From Obrimoposthia wandeli (lineage: Eukaryota), in contig CDROCS010002814.1 of NCBI GenBank assembly GCA_977020255.1, positions 62,001-126,000 of the forward strand: a DNA stretch of 64,000 bases, given 5' to 3'. This document shows positions 29,964 through 40,026 of the stretch, one piece after another. The translations under genes and the position numbers were made by a program. The notes under the pieces were generated by a model. The model was not told where the DNA came from, ran no database searches, and saw only the letters and a list, made by a program, of their open reading frames with translations. Each line of letters opens with the position of its first letter. Positions within the stretch are counted from its first letter, which is position 1.

Positions 29964-31853
29964 CTAGCTTTTGAGATTAAGCTTACGCCATAAAGTGCTG
30001 CGGCTAATACCCAATTTTCTTGCCGTCAATGTCTTGTTATTATTGCAGCTGAGCAACACTGCTTGCAATTGTTGACGCTCGTTTTGTTGAGTAGTTTTGT
30101 GTAGTGAAAAATCTAGATTATGCTCTTTTTCAGTGATACCTAAGCTCGTAATTAATTCCTCTTCAATGTCTGCTAGAGGCATTTTTGCTGCAAACATAAT
30201 AGATAACCTTTCTATTAGGTTCTCAAGTTCGCGGACATTGCCAGGCCAAGGATAGTCAAGCAACATAGTTAATGATTTATCAAGTAGTGGCGCGTATACA
30301 GCCGCGGGAACTTGTTTTAATTTAAAGAAATGCTGTGCAAATAGTGGAATATCGTCAAGGCGTTCGCTAAGAGTGGGTACACTTAAATTCAACACATTAA
30401 GTCGGTAAAATAAATCTTCTTTAAAGTGGTTTTGCGAAACCATCAGTTTCAAATCACGGTTTGTTGCCGCGATGATACGACTATCAATTGGCAATACAGT
30501 ATCCGAGCCTAAGCGCATCACCTCTTTTTCTTGTAATACTCTGAGTAATCTGCCTTGTAAGCTGAAGGGGAGTTCGCCTATTTCATCTAAAAAAATAGTA
30601 CCCTTGTTGGAGAGCTCAAATAATCCCGCTTTGCCATTTTTGTTGGCACCGGTGAAGGCACCTTCGTCGTAACCAAATAGCGTGCTCTCCAGCAGGGGTT
30701 CGGGAATAGAAGCGCAGTTCACTGCTACAAAAGGGCGGCTCGCTCGCTTGCTGGCTAAATGAATCCCTTGTGCGATAAGCTCTTTGCCGGTACCAGTAGC
30801 ACCTTGAATTAAAATAGTGGCATCCGTTTTGGCAAAATGACCGGCTTTGTCTATTAGCTTTTTTAATTCAATATTATTGCCAACGATATTTTCTAGGCTG
30901 TTTTTTGCTACTAAATTTTTCAATTGTGTATCAAGTCGCAAGCTCTGTTCAGCTTTGCGCACAGTTTTAACATCTTGAAAGGAAGCCACGGCGCCAATTA
31001 ATTTTCCCTGGTTAAAAACGCCCATGCGATTGCTGAGTATTTGCGTTTTGCCAATCGTTAGCAGTTGGTTGTATTGCGGCTTTTTACTACGTATGACCTG
31101 CTCCAAACCTGAATTAGGAATCACATTAGAGATAGGGTGGTTAATACTGTCTTTTGCATCTAGCCCTAAAATGGCTTCAGCGGCAGGGTTTAGCTCTTCT
31201 ACTTTCATATCGGCATCGATATAGATAATGCCATCTTGTACAGCACGTAAGATGGCTTCAAGTTTTTCACGTTTTTCGCGCTCCGCTCGTAAAGAGAAAG
31301 CCAGTTGCTGTGCAGATTCCAGTGCTTGGTGAATCGCATCTTGAGAATAGATGAAGACACTTTGCGCCTGCAGCGAATCTGCAATATCACAGACATGGCT
31401 CGCGCCTATAATAATGCTATCTGGCTTTTGAATGACACGTAAAACAGTGTCAATCGCTTCAGCGACGCTGTTGAAAGTATGTTGCTCTACCTTTAAGTTA
31501 AACAAACTGGCGTATCTGTCTAATTGATCTATAGGCTGGTTGTAACTAATGAAAACGGCCGATTTTGCAAGTCGTTGAGCTTGCCAAAGTGCTTGCATAA
31601 CATCAAAGCCGGATATCTGTATTTCCACCAATGGGGTATTTAATTGCATGGCTTCTAGCATGGCTGCATTGCCACCGCCAGCAACGATTACTTCAATATC
31701 GCGGCGTTGATCTAGCTCGTGCATTTTCGATTTATTTTGTTCAGCAATACACTCGTGTAACTCAAACTCGATTTGCCAATGCTCTTTGCTGCGTTCGTTA
31801 TTTAATAGCTTGCTGAGTCTCGCTTGAGAAATAAATGCAATTTTGCTCGCCAT
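29964..31853 (-). CDS. PrpR-like sigma54 enhancer-binding protein (PrpR_N-PAS-AAA-Fis HTH)
   Basis: VIVAGGGNAAML (PrpR_N-like), GATGTGKE, GAFTGA, FLDEIGE, YPWPGNVREL and LGISRSTLWRKL. ORF track start is 31868. Confidence 0.9.
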   Translation of the reverse strand: MASKIAFISQARLSKLLNNERSKEHWQIEFELHECIAEQNKSKMHELDQRRDIEVIVAGGGNAAMLEAMQLNTPLVEIQISGFDVMQALWQAQRLAKSAVFISYNQPIDQLDRYASLFNLKVEQHTFNSVAEAIDTVLRVIQKPDSIIIGASHVCDIADSLQAQSVFIYSQDAIHQALESAQQLAFSLRAEREKREKLEAILRAVQDGIIYIDADMKVEELNPAAEAILGLDAKDSINHPISNVIPNSGLEQVIRSKKPQYNQLLTIGKTQILSNRMGVFNQGKLIGAVASFQDVKTVRKAEQSLRLDTQLKNLVAKNSLENIVGNNIELKKLIDKAGHFAKTDATILIQGATGTGKELIAQGIHLASKRASRPFVAVNCASIPEPLLESTLFGYDEGAFTGANKNGKAGLFELSNKGTIFLDEIGELPFSLQGRLLRVLQEKEVMRLGSDTVLPIDSRIIAATNRDLKLMVSQNHFKEDLFYRLNVLNLSVPTLSERLDDIPLFAQHFFKLKQVPAAVYAPLLDKSLTMLLDYPWPGNVRELENLIERLSIMFAAKMPLADIEEELITSLGITEKEHNLDFSLHKTTQQNERQQLQAVLLSCNNNKTLTARKLGISRSTLWRKLNLKS

Positions 31854-31891
31854 GAAGTTTCCTTGCAAGTTAATAAAGATTATTACTCAAG

Positions 31892-31930
31892 TGTTTCATG
31901 AAATGTAATGCATTGCGAAACATATGTTTC
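31892..31930. promoter_or_regulatory. Candidate activator operator: PrpR-like palindrome plus a second perfect palindrome
   Basis: TGTTTCATGAAATG (31892-31905) is 12/14 to the Salmonella PrpR site as I recall it (CGTTTCATGAAACG); GAAACATATGTTTC at 31917-31930. Confidence 0.6.
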
Positions 31931-31984
31931 ATTTTAGCGACATAGAATATGCACTGCATAGTTTTTTTATAAATAATTGAGTTA

Positions 31985-31997
31985 TATCAATTGGTTG
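31985..31997 (+). promoter_or_regulatory. IHF site between the operator and the sigma54 promoter
   Basis: TATCAATTGGTTG fits WATCAANNNNTTR and follows an A/T tract. Confidence 0.6.
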
Positions 31998-32003
31998 CAT
32001 AAT

Positions 32004-32018
32004 TGGCCTGCATTCTGC
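32004..32018 (+). promoter_or_regulatory. sigma54 -24/-12 promoter
   Basis: TGGCCTGCATTCTGC has GG and GC at the canonical 12-bp offset, upstream of the operon divergent from the activator. Confidence 0.75.
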
Positions 32019-32130
32019 TATGTAGTTAGCTGATAGCTAACGATAGTGAATAGACAATGCAAAGAAAGTTAATTAGATACGGTGTACAAGAAACGTTTTT
32101 GGATTTTTAAATCGCTTCCATAGCGGCTAC

Positions 32131-33393
32131 TTGTCAATAAAAGAAGAGAGAGCAATGATCGAAAAACCAGCGCTTGAAAAAACGACGGCTAAACCATTAG
32201 AAGGCCTAACAGTATTGGAGCTTGGACATTTTATTGCCGCACCACACTGTACGCGGTTAATGGCAGATTTAGGAGCGACTGTCATCAAAGTTGAATCACC
32301 CAACAGTGGCGATCCTGTCAGAAGTTGGGGAATGGCAATCGATGGTAATACCCTTTGGTGGTCAGTACATGGCCGTGGCAAGCAATGTATTACCCTGAAT
32401 TTAAAAACTGAGCAGGGAATAGCAATCGCCAAGCAGTTGATTGAACAAGTCGATATTGTGGTTGAAAATTTCCGTCCAGGTCAGCTCGCTAAATGGGGAT
32501 TGGGCTATGCGCAAATGCAGCAGCTAAATCCAGGTGTTATCTTAGTGCATATATCAGGTTACGGTCAAAGCGGGCCCTACAAAGATAGAGTCTCGTTCGG
32601 ATCAATCGGCGAAGCCTTTGGTGGTATACGCCATTTAACAGGTTATCCCAAAGAAGTTAGTGATTTACCGCCAGTACGCACGGGAGTAAGTCTTGGAGAT
32701 AGCTTAGCTGGGATGTTCGGTGTGATTGGTGCCCTGAGCGCTGTTTTTGAACGCGATGTCGCAGGTACAGGAATTGGTCGTGAAGTCGATGTGGCGCTTT
32801 ATGAATCAGTCTTTAGTTTAATGGAAGGCGCGCTGCCAGAATACGGTGAATTTAACGCGATTAGAAATCCTACTGGTTCGGCCATTCCCACAGCGGCTCC
32901 TTCCAACACTTATAAGTGTAGGGATGGTATGTGGTTAGCCATTGGCGCAAACGGCGATAAAATTTTTAAGCGGTTATGTCAGATAATCGGCAAACCTGAA
33001 TTAGGTGAGAGCGATTTGTATGACTCAAACCCTAAAAGAGTTGCCAATGCTCCGCTATTGGATAACTTAATAGAAAACTGGACATTGCAGCAAGATTCGC
33101 AAGCAGCAGAGAGCTTGTTACTTGAAAATGATATCCCCGCAGGGCGTTTGTTGAATATCCAAGATTGCGCCACTGACCCTCATTATTTAGCGCGAGATAT
33201 GGTGATGCAAGTTGCAGATCCACGTTTTGGTGAAGTGACACATCCTGGTATCGTCCCAAAATTCGAAGGGCAAGGGCCTGATATCAGCTGGCCTGGCCCT
33301 GAGATAGGTGCGCATAACAGCCAAGTTTATCAGGATTTATTAGGCATTGATGCTGCACAAGTTGCTCAATATAAAGCTGAAGGCGTTATATGA
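32131..33393 (+). CDS. Class III CoA-transferase (CaiB/BaiF family)
   Basis: IAAPHCTRLMADLGATVIKVESP.SGDP, VVENFRPG, ISGYGQSGPY and GDSLAGMFG. ATG 32155 may be the real start. Confidence 0.93.
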   Translation: MSIKEERAMIEKPALEKTTAKPLEGLTVLELGHFIAAPHCTRLMADLGATVIKVESPNSGDPVRSWGMAIDGNTLWWSVHGRGKQCITLNLKTEQGIAIAKQLIEQVDIVVENFRPGQLAKWGLGYAQMQQLNPGVILVHISGYGQSGPYKDRVSFGSIGEAFGGIRHLTGYPKEVSDLPPVRTGVSLGDSLAGMFGVIGALSAVFERDVAGTGIGREVDVALYESVFSLMEGALPEYGEFNAIRNPTGSAIPTAAPSNTYKCRDGMWLAIGANGDKIFKRLCQIIGKPELGESDLYDSNPKRVANAPLLDNLIENWTLQQDSQAAESLLLENDIPAGRLLNIQDCATDPHYLARDMVMQVADPRFGEVTHPGIVPKFEGQGPDISWPGPEIGAHNSQVYQDLLGIDAAQVAQYKAEGVI

Positions 33394-34301
33394 ACAGCGC
33401 TGTTAATATTATAGAAGTTGCACCGCGAGATGGTTTTCAATCGGTTGTACCAATCATTTCGGTTGCTGCAAAAGTGGCCATTATAGAAGCATTGAGAGAT
33501 GCAGGGCTCAAGCATATTGAAGTAGGTGCCTTTGTACACCCCAAAGCCATTGCACAGATGGCAGATATTGAGCAAGTGCTAGCTGCGCTGAGTTTAACCA
33601 ATCAGCTTTGTGCATTTGAACATATCGTACTAGTACCCAATACACGCGGTGCACTGCGCGCCGCACAGCAGCCCTGTCAGCGTTTAAATTTCGTTGTTTC
33701 AGTTAGTGAAGCACATAACTTAAAGAATGTTCGCAAAACAGTGAGTGAATCACTTGCTGAATTACAGCAAGTGCAACAAGTGGTTAATGACAACCCACAA
33801 CTAAAACTGAGAGTGAGCTTAGCAACCAGTTTTGATTGTCCGTTTGATGGCACGGTTAATGAAGATTTGTGCCTACAAGTGTTGCAACAAGTGATAGAGC
33901 AATGCCCGACTGCACAAATAGCGCTGTGTGATACAACGGGTAAAGCGCATCCCTTCGCGGTTGAAAGCTTATTTGATAAGGCGCTTAAGGTAGTACCTGA
34001 TACTACAGAGGTTATTTTTCACGGCCATGATACATACGGTTTAGGCATTGCTAACGTCGCGGCAGCTTATCGCGCGGGTGTCAGAAGTTTTGATAGTGCC
34101 ATAGCAGGATTCGGCGGTTGCCCTTTTGCACCGGGTGCAAGTGGTAACGTCGCCACAGAGGATCTGGTGTATTTTTTTGAAAGTGCGGCAATAGACACAG
34201 GGATAGATATGCGCAAATTAAATAAAGCTATTTATCTCGCAGAGCATATCGAAGGTGCTCAGTTAGGAGGAGCGATTCGTCTGTTAAACAGAGAATCTTA
34301 A
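33390..34301 (+). CDS. HMG-CoA lyase family (DRE-TIM) acyl-CoA lyase
   Basis: EVAPRDGFQ, LCDTTG, HGHDTYG and GGCPFAPGASGNVATED; ATGA overlap with the upstream gene. Confidence 0.92.
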   Translation: MNSAVNIIEVAPRDGFQSVVPIISVAAKVAIIEALRDAGLKHIEVGAFVHPKAIAQMADIEQVLAALSLTNQLCAFEHIVLVPNTRGALRAAQQPCQRLNFVVSVSEAHNLKNVRKTVSESLAELQQVQQVVNDNPQLKLRVSLATSFDCPFDGTVNEDLCLQVLQQVIEQCPTAQIALCDTTGKAHPFAVESLFDKALKVVPDTTEVIFHGHDTYGLGIANVAAAYRAGVRSFDSAIAGFGGCPFAPGASGNVATEDLVYFFESAAIDTGIDMRKLNKAIYLAEHIEGAQLGGAIRLLNRES

Positions 34302-34356
34302 TTTCATTTACCAACATAAAACCATCAACACAATAAAAAATCTAAGAGGATAGTCA

Positions 34357-35343
34357 ATGAAAGCATTAAAAACAGGCCTAGCGATTGCACTACTGGGTGC
34401 AGCAGTTTCTCTGCCAGCATTCGCTGAAACAACGTTGCGTATTTCGCTACAATTGCCGTTAAAGCACCATTTAGGGCAGAACTTATTACAATTTAAAGAA
34501 CAGGTTGAAAACCAGAGCAAAGGGGATTTGAAAGTAGAAATTTATCCTTCAGCCCAGCTTTATAAAGATAAGCAAGTACCGAGCGCTGTTGCATCAGGTG
34601 CCATCGAAATGGGTGTAGCATCGCTGGCTAGATTTGTCGGTACAGTGCCTGCTGTCGATTTATTTTATGTACCATTTATGTTGCCATCACAAGAATTGGT
34701 TAAAAAAGCCACCGCACCTGGTAGTACCGTACGTCAGCCGTTGGACGATGCGATATTAAAAACCGGTGCTAGAGTACTTTGGTGGCAGGCATATGGTGGT
34801 GTTGCACTATTATCTAAAGGCGATCCAATTGTTAACCCTGAAGATATGAAAGGCAAGAAAGTGCGTGTTTTTGGTAAAACGTTAGGCGAGTTCACAAAAT
34901 CGGTCGGCGGTGCTCCTGTTGTTATGTCCGGGTCTGAGCAATTCTTAGCTTACCAGCGTGGAACAGTCGATGCGGGTATGACGGGCGTATCAGCCGTTAT
35001 GCCACGCAAGCTCTATCAAGTAATGGATAACTTGACGGTAACCAAACATGCTGACATTGAGTTTGTCGTTGTCATTAACGATAAATTTTGGACGGGCTTA
35101 AGTGATGCTCAACGTACCATTATTACTAAAGCGAGCCGTAATGTTGAAGCTGATCTACGTGAGAAGATGATCAAGATTGAAGCAGATGCATTGGCTGAAT
35201 CGAAAAAGCATATGAAAGTGTTTGAGCTTAACGATCAGCAAATCCAAGCTTGGAAAACAGCCACTAGTTCAGTTGTTGACGGCTATGTGAAAAGCTCTGG
35301 CGAGTTAGGTAAGCAATTAATTGAAGCAGTTAAAAAGCTTTAA
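34357..35343 (+). CDS. dctP: TRAP transporter substrate-binding protein DctP
   Basis: Signal peptide; VEIYPSAQLY, DMKGKKVRV and AYQRGTVDA. Confidence 0.92.
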   Translation: MKALKTGLAIALLGAAVSLPAFAETTLRISLQLPLKHHLGQNLLQFKEQVENQSKGDLKVEIYPSAQLYKDKQVPSAVASGAIEMGVASLARFVGTVPAVDLFYVPFMLPSQELVKKATAPGSTVRQPLDDAILKTGARVLWWQAYGGVALLSKGDPIVNPEDMKGKKVRVFGKTLGEFTKSVGGAPVVMSGSEQFLAYQRGTVDAGMTGVSAVMPRKLYQVMDNLTVTKHADIEFVVVINDKFWTGLSDAQRTIITKASRNVEADLREKMIKIEADALAESKKHMKVFELNDQQIQAWKTATSSVVDGYVKSSGELGKQLIEAVKKL

Positions 35344-35444
35344 TAAGTGATACTTATGCGTACTTGTTATCTTTAAGCGTGTTAGTTGCGGTTTGGTAAT
35401 TATGTATTGCAGGAGTTTAATCCCAGTAGGGCTATGCATTTAAG

Positions 35445-36017
35445 ATGCCTGCTGTGCTGGGTTTTTTTCAAACGATGAATATATACCGTAAATTGAAGAG
35501 TTACATAGCTATGATGGAGTGTTGGGTAGACCGATTAAGCCGCATTAGTGCGTTGTTTGGTGCTTATCTGTTTTTTAGCATAGGGCTAATTATCGCCTAT
35601 GAAGTAAGTGCAAGGTATGTTTTCAATATGCCAACAATTTGGGTTGAAGAAGTTTCCAGATTATTGCAATTGTGGGGCTGTTATTTATCAATGGCTTGGG
35701 TGTTAAAGAAACGCAAGATTATAAGAATTACCATCTTGTTAGAGCGCTTGTCAGGGATATGGGCTAAGCTCGCAGAACTGATTTCAATCACTATTATTGC
35801 ACTGTTTAGCTTAGTGACTATTTATTATGCCAGCTCAATTACCTATGATTCACTGCAATTAAACAGGCATACGTCGAGTATGCTAGGTTCGCCATCCTGG
35901 CTGTTTGACGTGTCGATAGTTGTGGGCTTTATTTTGTTATTTTTACAATGTTTAGTAGAGTTTGTTAAAGTCATCAAGCAGCAGGATATTGAGTTTAATA
36001 GGGAGCACGATATATGA
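35445..36017 (+). CDS. dctQ: TRAP transporter small permease DctQ
   Basis: EVSARYVFNMPTIWVEEVS motif; 4 TM; likely start ATG 35475. Confidence 0.9.
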   Translation: MPAVLGFFQTMNIYRKLKSYIAMMECWVDRLSRISALFGAYLFFSIGLIIAYEVSARYVFNMPTIWVEEVSRLLQLWGCYLSMAWVLKKRKIIRITILLERLSGIWAKLAELISITIIALFSLVTIYYASSITYDSLQLNRHTSSMLGSPSWLFDVSIVVGFILLFLQCLVEFVKVIKQQDIEFNREHDI

Positions 36018-37303
36018 TCATTGTAACAGTGCTTCTAGTCATGTTGAGTTTGATGCTCATCGGTGTACCTATCGCTTTTACCTTAGGTGGTATGGGTTTA
36101 TCAATGTTGATGCTGGCAGATTTTTCGCCATTAATTGCCTCACAAGCGTTAGTCAGTAGCATCGACAGTTTTATTTTGCTTTCAGTGCCGTTGTTTTTGT
36201 TGATGTCTAATGTTTTATTAAAAGGCGGGGTAGGCACCGATTTATTCAATGCTGTGCAGAGCTGGGTCGGGCATCTCCCTGGAGGCTTAGGTATAGCAAC
36301 GATTCTTTCTTGCGCGTTTTTTGCCGCAATATCAGGCTCTTCAGTCGCCACCGCTGCCACAATAGGCACTGTCGCGATTCCAGAAATGATTAAACGCGGT
36401 TATCCCAGGCATTTTGTATTCGGGTTGCTGGCGGCTGGTGGAACGTTAGGAATACTGATACCTCCCTCTATTCCGATGATTGTGTATGGTGTGATTACAG
36501 AAGAGTCTATTGTCGATTTGTTTATGGCAGGAATAGGGCCCGGCATCTTTTTAGTATTACTCTTTACGGCTTACTCCGTGTATTTTGCGCTGCGCAATCA
36601 ATCTAAAGATTCATCGGGTATACAAAGTGCGCCAGCTAAATCTACATCGCAGCAACGATTGGCGACAACGTTACGCGCCAGTCCTGTATTTATCTTAGCG
36701 GCGATAGTGTTAGGCGGTATATACGGCGGTGTGTTCACGCCAACAGAAAGTGCTGGAGTAGGCTTAATCGTCTCATTGTTAATTGTTGCAATACGAAAAT
36801 CTCTTAGCTTTGTCAATTTACATAAAGCGATTGTCGAGTCACTGCAAACCACAGTGGTGATTTTTATGATTATTGGCGGGGCTAAAATATTTTCAAAGGC
36901 GATAACGCTGTATCGCATTCCACAAGATATAACGACGTTGATCACTACCAATATCGATCAAGTAGGCTTGTTTATTCTAGTGGTGTGTTTGGTATTACTA
37001 GTACTAGGGTTCTTTTTAGAATCGATCTCTATGCTATTGATCATGGTACCGGTTTTACTGCCTTCGTTAGGCGTGTTAGGTATAGATCCGATTTGGTTTG
37101 GTATCATTTTTGTAATCATGATTGAATGCGCGCTAATTACACCCCCTGTAGGTTTGAATTTATTTGTCATACAAGCGGTAGGTAAAGCAGATATTACTGA
37201 GGTGATTGCGGGAGTTTATCCGTTTATTTTGTTGATGTTTGGCGCAGTGATCTGCATTTTCTTTATTCCAGATATCGCCCTCTACATACCCTTTAAAATG
37301 TAG
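36014..37303 (+). CDS. dctM: TRAP transporter large permease DctM
   Basis: AAISGSSVATAAT, GTLGILIPPSIPMIVY, FTPTES and ITPPVGLNLF. Confidence 0.93.
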   Translation: MIIVTVLLVMLSLMLIGVPIAFTLGGMGLSMLMLADFSPLIASQALVSSIDSFILLSVPLFLLMSNVLLKGGVGTDLFNAVQSWVGHLPGGLGIATILSCAFFAAISGSSVATAATIGTVAIPEMIKRGYPRHFVFGLLAAGGTLGILIPPSIPMIVYGVITEESIVDLFMAGIGPGIFLVLLFTAYSVYFALRNQSKDSSGIQSAPAKSTSQQRLATTLRASPVFILAAIVLGGIYGGVFTPTESAGVGLIVSLLIVAIRKSLSFVNLHKAIVESLQTTVVIFMIIGGAKIFSKAITLYRIPQDITTLITTNIDQVGLFILVVCLVLLVLGFFLESISMLLIMVPVLLPSLGVLGIDPIWFGIIFVIMIECALITPPVGLNLFVIQAVGKADITEVIAGVYPFILLMFGAVICIFFIPDIALYIPFKM

Positions 37304-37715
37304 TGCTGATTAAGGGGTAGTAATGTGATGCAGTAAGACAAGGTGCAGTACAGAACAGCGATAGAGAAAAGTATCCTTTGGTAATGTTTTGATAAAACCG
37401 GTCAAAAAGGTTAACAGTATCGCAGGCATTAGGTGCTCGGTAGGCTCTCTAAAGCTTTTCAATTTTATTCAAAAAAATTGACACAATAAACCTTGTGCGT
37501 CTTGAATTCTGCTATTTCGGGTTTTGCTAGTCAGAACTTACTCGATACGTTTTGCAGGGACCTAAAGCGTTAACATTATTTTATCTTGAGAAAGCTGATT
37601 TTAGTTCTCGGCTAATGGGGTAGCTGCACATCTCTATGTGCATTGCTAATAGATTATATTGTGTACCCTTCATAGATAAGTTAACGTACTGCGCTGAATA
37701 TTTGAGGAAGTCTAA

Positions 37716-38411
37716 GTGGTTATAACTAAAGGTTGGCAAAGCTTTATTAGTACACAGCAAAAGTGCGATTACTTTAACCGATTGACCCAAGAAATTGCTA
37801 CTCAGCGCGAGCAAGGGATTGAAATATATCCACAAGACAGCGAAATATACTCGGCGTTTAACTTTGTTGATATCGCTGATGTAAAAGTAGTGATTTTGGG
37901 GCAAGATCCATATCATGGACCTAATCAGGCACAAGGGTTGGCATTTTCAGTTAATCAAAATATGAAAGTACCGCCATCGCTGGTGAATATTTATAAAGAG
38001 TTAGCGGATGATATCGCAGGATTTGAAATACCGCTGCATGGAGATCTTAATAGCTGGGCAGAGCAAGGGGTTCTACTGCTTAATACTGTGCTAACGGTGC
38101 AGCGAGGCAAGGCTCATTCACATGCTAAATTGGGTTGGGAAGAGTTTAGCGCTGCAGTGATATCTGTAATAAATGAGCAAAATCCACACTGTGTGTTTTT
38201 GCTATGGGGTGCTCATGCGCAACAAAAAGGCCGAGGGGTCGACAGAGCAAAGCACCTGGTTTTAGAATCGGTTCACCCGTCTCCTTTATCTGCGTATCGT
38301 GGTTTCTTAGGATGTAAGCATTTTTCACAAGCAAATGACTGGCTAATTAAACACCATAAAGCACCCATAAACTGGCAGCTGCAAACACTTGGATCTTTAG
38401 ATTTATTTTAA
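37716..38411 (+). CDS. ung: Uracil-DNA glycosylase, family 1
   Basis: GQDPYHG, GVLLLN, FLLWG and HPSPLSAYRGF. Confidence 0.97.
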   Translation: MVITKGWQSFISTQQKCDYFNRLTQEIATQREQGIEIYPQDSEIYSAFNFVDIADVKVVILGQDPYHGPNQAQGLAFSVNQNMKVPPSLVNIYKELADDIAGFEIPLHGDLNSWAEQGVLLLNTVLTVQRGKAHSHAKLGWEEFSAAVISVINEQNPHCVFLLWGAHAQQKGRGVDRAKHLVLESVHPSPLSAYRGFLGCKHFSQANDWLIKHHKAPINWQLQTLGSLDLF

Positions 38412-38449
38412 AATACTAAATTGAAATAATAGTCGAATAGAGATGATAT

Positions 38450-39115
38450 ATGAATAATGTAACAACTGAAACGACTGGAAAGCTCGCATTTCTGCACACA
38501 TCTGCAGTGCATATAGAAACATTCAATCGATTAATCAATAAGTTAAATTTAAGTGTTAAAGTAGTGCACAAAGTAGATGAATCGTTGCTATCTCATGCCA
38601 TATCAACAGGTGTTGATGCTGATTTAATAGAGAAGGTGCAGGGACAAATTAAGCAATTGACAGCACAAGGAGCCAGCGTAGTGGTTTGTACTTGCTCTTC
38701 TATCGGAGCAATAGCAGAGCAACTTGAATTAGCAAATGGGGCTACTGTATTACGTATTGATCGTGCAATGGCTGATAAGGCAGTGCTTATTGGACAGGAC
38801 ATTTTAATACTCGCGGCTTTACAAAGTACGCTTGAGCCAACGCATGATTTATTACAGACATCGGCAGATAAATTGCACAGACAAGTTAATTTAGAAGTGG
38901 TGAGTATTGATCAAGCCTGGTCTTTGTTTGAAGCGGGGGAAATTGAAAAATATCATCAATGTATTGCTGATTACATACAACAAAATGCAGCAAACTACGA
39001 TGTGATCGTATTAGCGCAGGCTTCAATGGCTGGTGCCAGTGTGCTTTGCCATGCCCATATTCCTATTTTGTCGAGCCCTGAATTAGGGCTGATGGCTGCG
39101 ATTGAAATGTTATAA
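38450..39115 (+). CDS. Asp/Glu/hydantoin racemase-superfamily protein
   Basis: AFLHTS, VVVCTCSSIG, VLRIDRAMA and VIVLAQASMA. Confidence 0.7.
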   Translation: MNNVTTETTGKLAFLHTSAVHIETFNRLINKLNLSVKVVHKVDESLLSHAISTGVDADLIEKVQGQIKQLTAQGASVVVCTCSSIGAIAEQLELANGATVLRIDRAMADKAVLIGQDILILAALQSTLEPTHDLLQTSADKLHRQVNLEVVSIDQAWSLFEAGEIEKYHQCIADYIQQNAANYDVIVLAQASMAGASVLCHAHIPILSSPELGLMAAIEML

Positions 39116-39309
39116 TATTGTTAATCCCTATCACTATGTTTAGCACTGAGTTAACTAAAAGCTTGCATATTAAGCAAGTTAGGTACAGTAATTCTGTGTT
39201 TTTTAGTGGTGAGGGTTTTTAATTTTAACTATTCACTAAATTTTTATTCCAGTACTAAGTATATAGTTTATAATGAATATTGGACAAATTAGCAGCTAGG
39301 GGATTCATT

Positions 39310-39849
39310 ATGGATTATGAAAAAGTACTCAAATTTTGGTTCGAAGAGCTAACTCCGGCGCAGTGGTGGAAAAAAGATCCGCAATTAGATTTAATAATAA
39401 AAGAGAAGTTCTCTGGTATCTATGAACAAGCTTGTGTAGGCGAACTCTATCAATGGAGAGAAAGTGGCGAAGGGCGCTTAGCTGAAATTATTATACTAGA
39501 TCAGTTTTCTAGAAATATGTTTAGGGGATCAGCTCAAGCTTTCGCAACAGATTCAATGGCGCTAATCTTAAGCCAAGAGGCCATTAGAGCGGGTCAAGAC
39601 GTTGCATTAACTGATGATCAAAGGAATTTTTTATATATGCCTTTTATGCACAGTGAATCAGTGGCAATGCATAAGCTGGCAAAAACACTATTTGAAAGCG
39701 TAGCCTCTCAAGGCAGTGTTGAAAGTGCTGAACAACATTATGCTATTATTAAACGATTTGGTCGATACCCTCATAGGAATCAATTGCTCTGGAGAGAATC
39801 TAGCGAAGAAGAAATGGATTTTTTGGAGCAACCTGGCTCTAGCTTTTAA
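39310..39849 (+). CDS. DUF924-family protein
   Basis: VLKFWF, LAEIIILDQFSRNMFRG, FLYMPFMHSE and RFGRYPHRN. ORF track start is 39280. Confidence 0.9.
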   Translation: MDYEKVLKFWFEELTPAQWWKKDPQLDLIIKEKFSGIYEQACVGELYQWRESGEGRLAEIIILDQFSRNMFRGSAQAFATDSMALILSQEAIRAGQDVALTDDQRNFLYMPFMHSESVAMHKLAKTLFESVASQGSVESAEQHYAIIKRFGRYPHRNQLLWRESSEEEMDFLEQPGSSF

Positions 39850-40026
39850 CTGCGGGTGTTTGTTTATCTTTTTTGTGAGTGAAACCGTTGAGGGCATCCA
39901 ACAGATAACAAAGTATCACCTAACAGTTGATTAACAATAGTTTAGTATTTTAAATTAACACCCATTGAATCAACTTTGAAGGATTACATCTCCATGTCAT
40001 CGCTTTGGATTAACTATAAATAGGCA

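Noticed and set aside
37581-37934. 117-aa minus-strand ORF overlapping the ung start
   Set aside because: Overlaps ung antisense and has non-protein-like composition.
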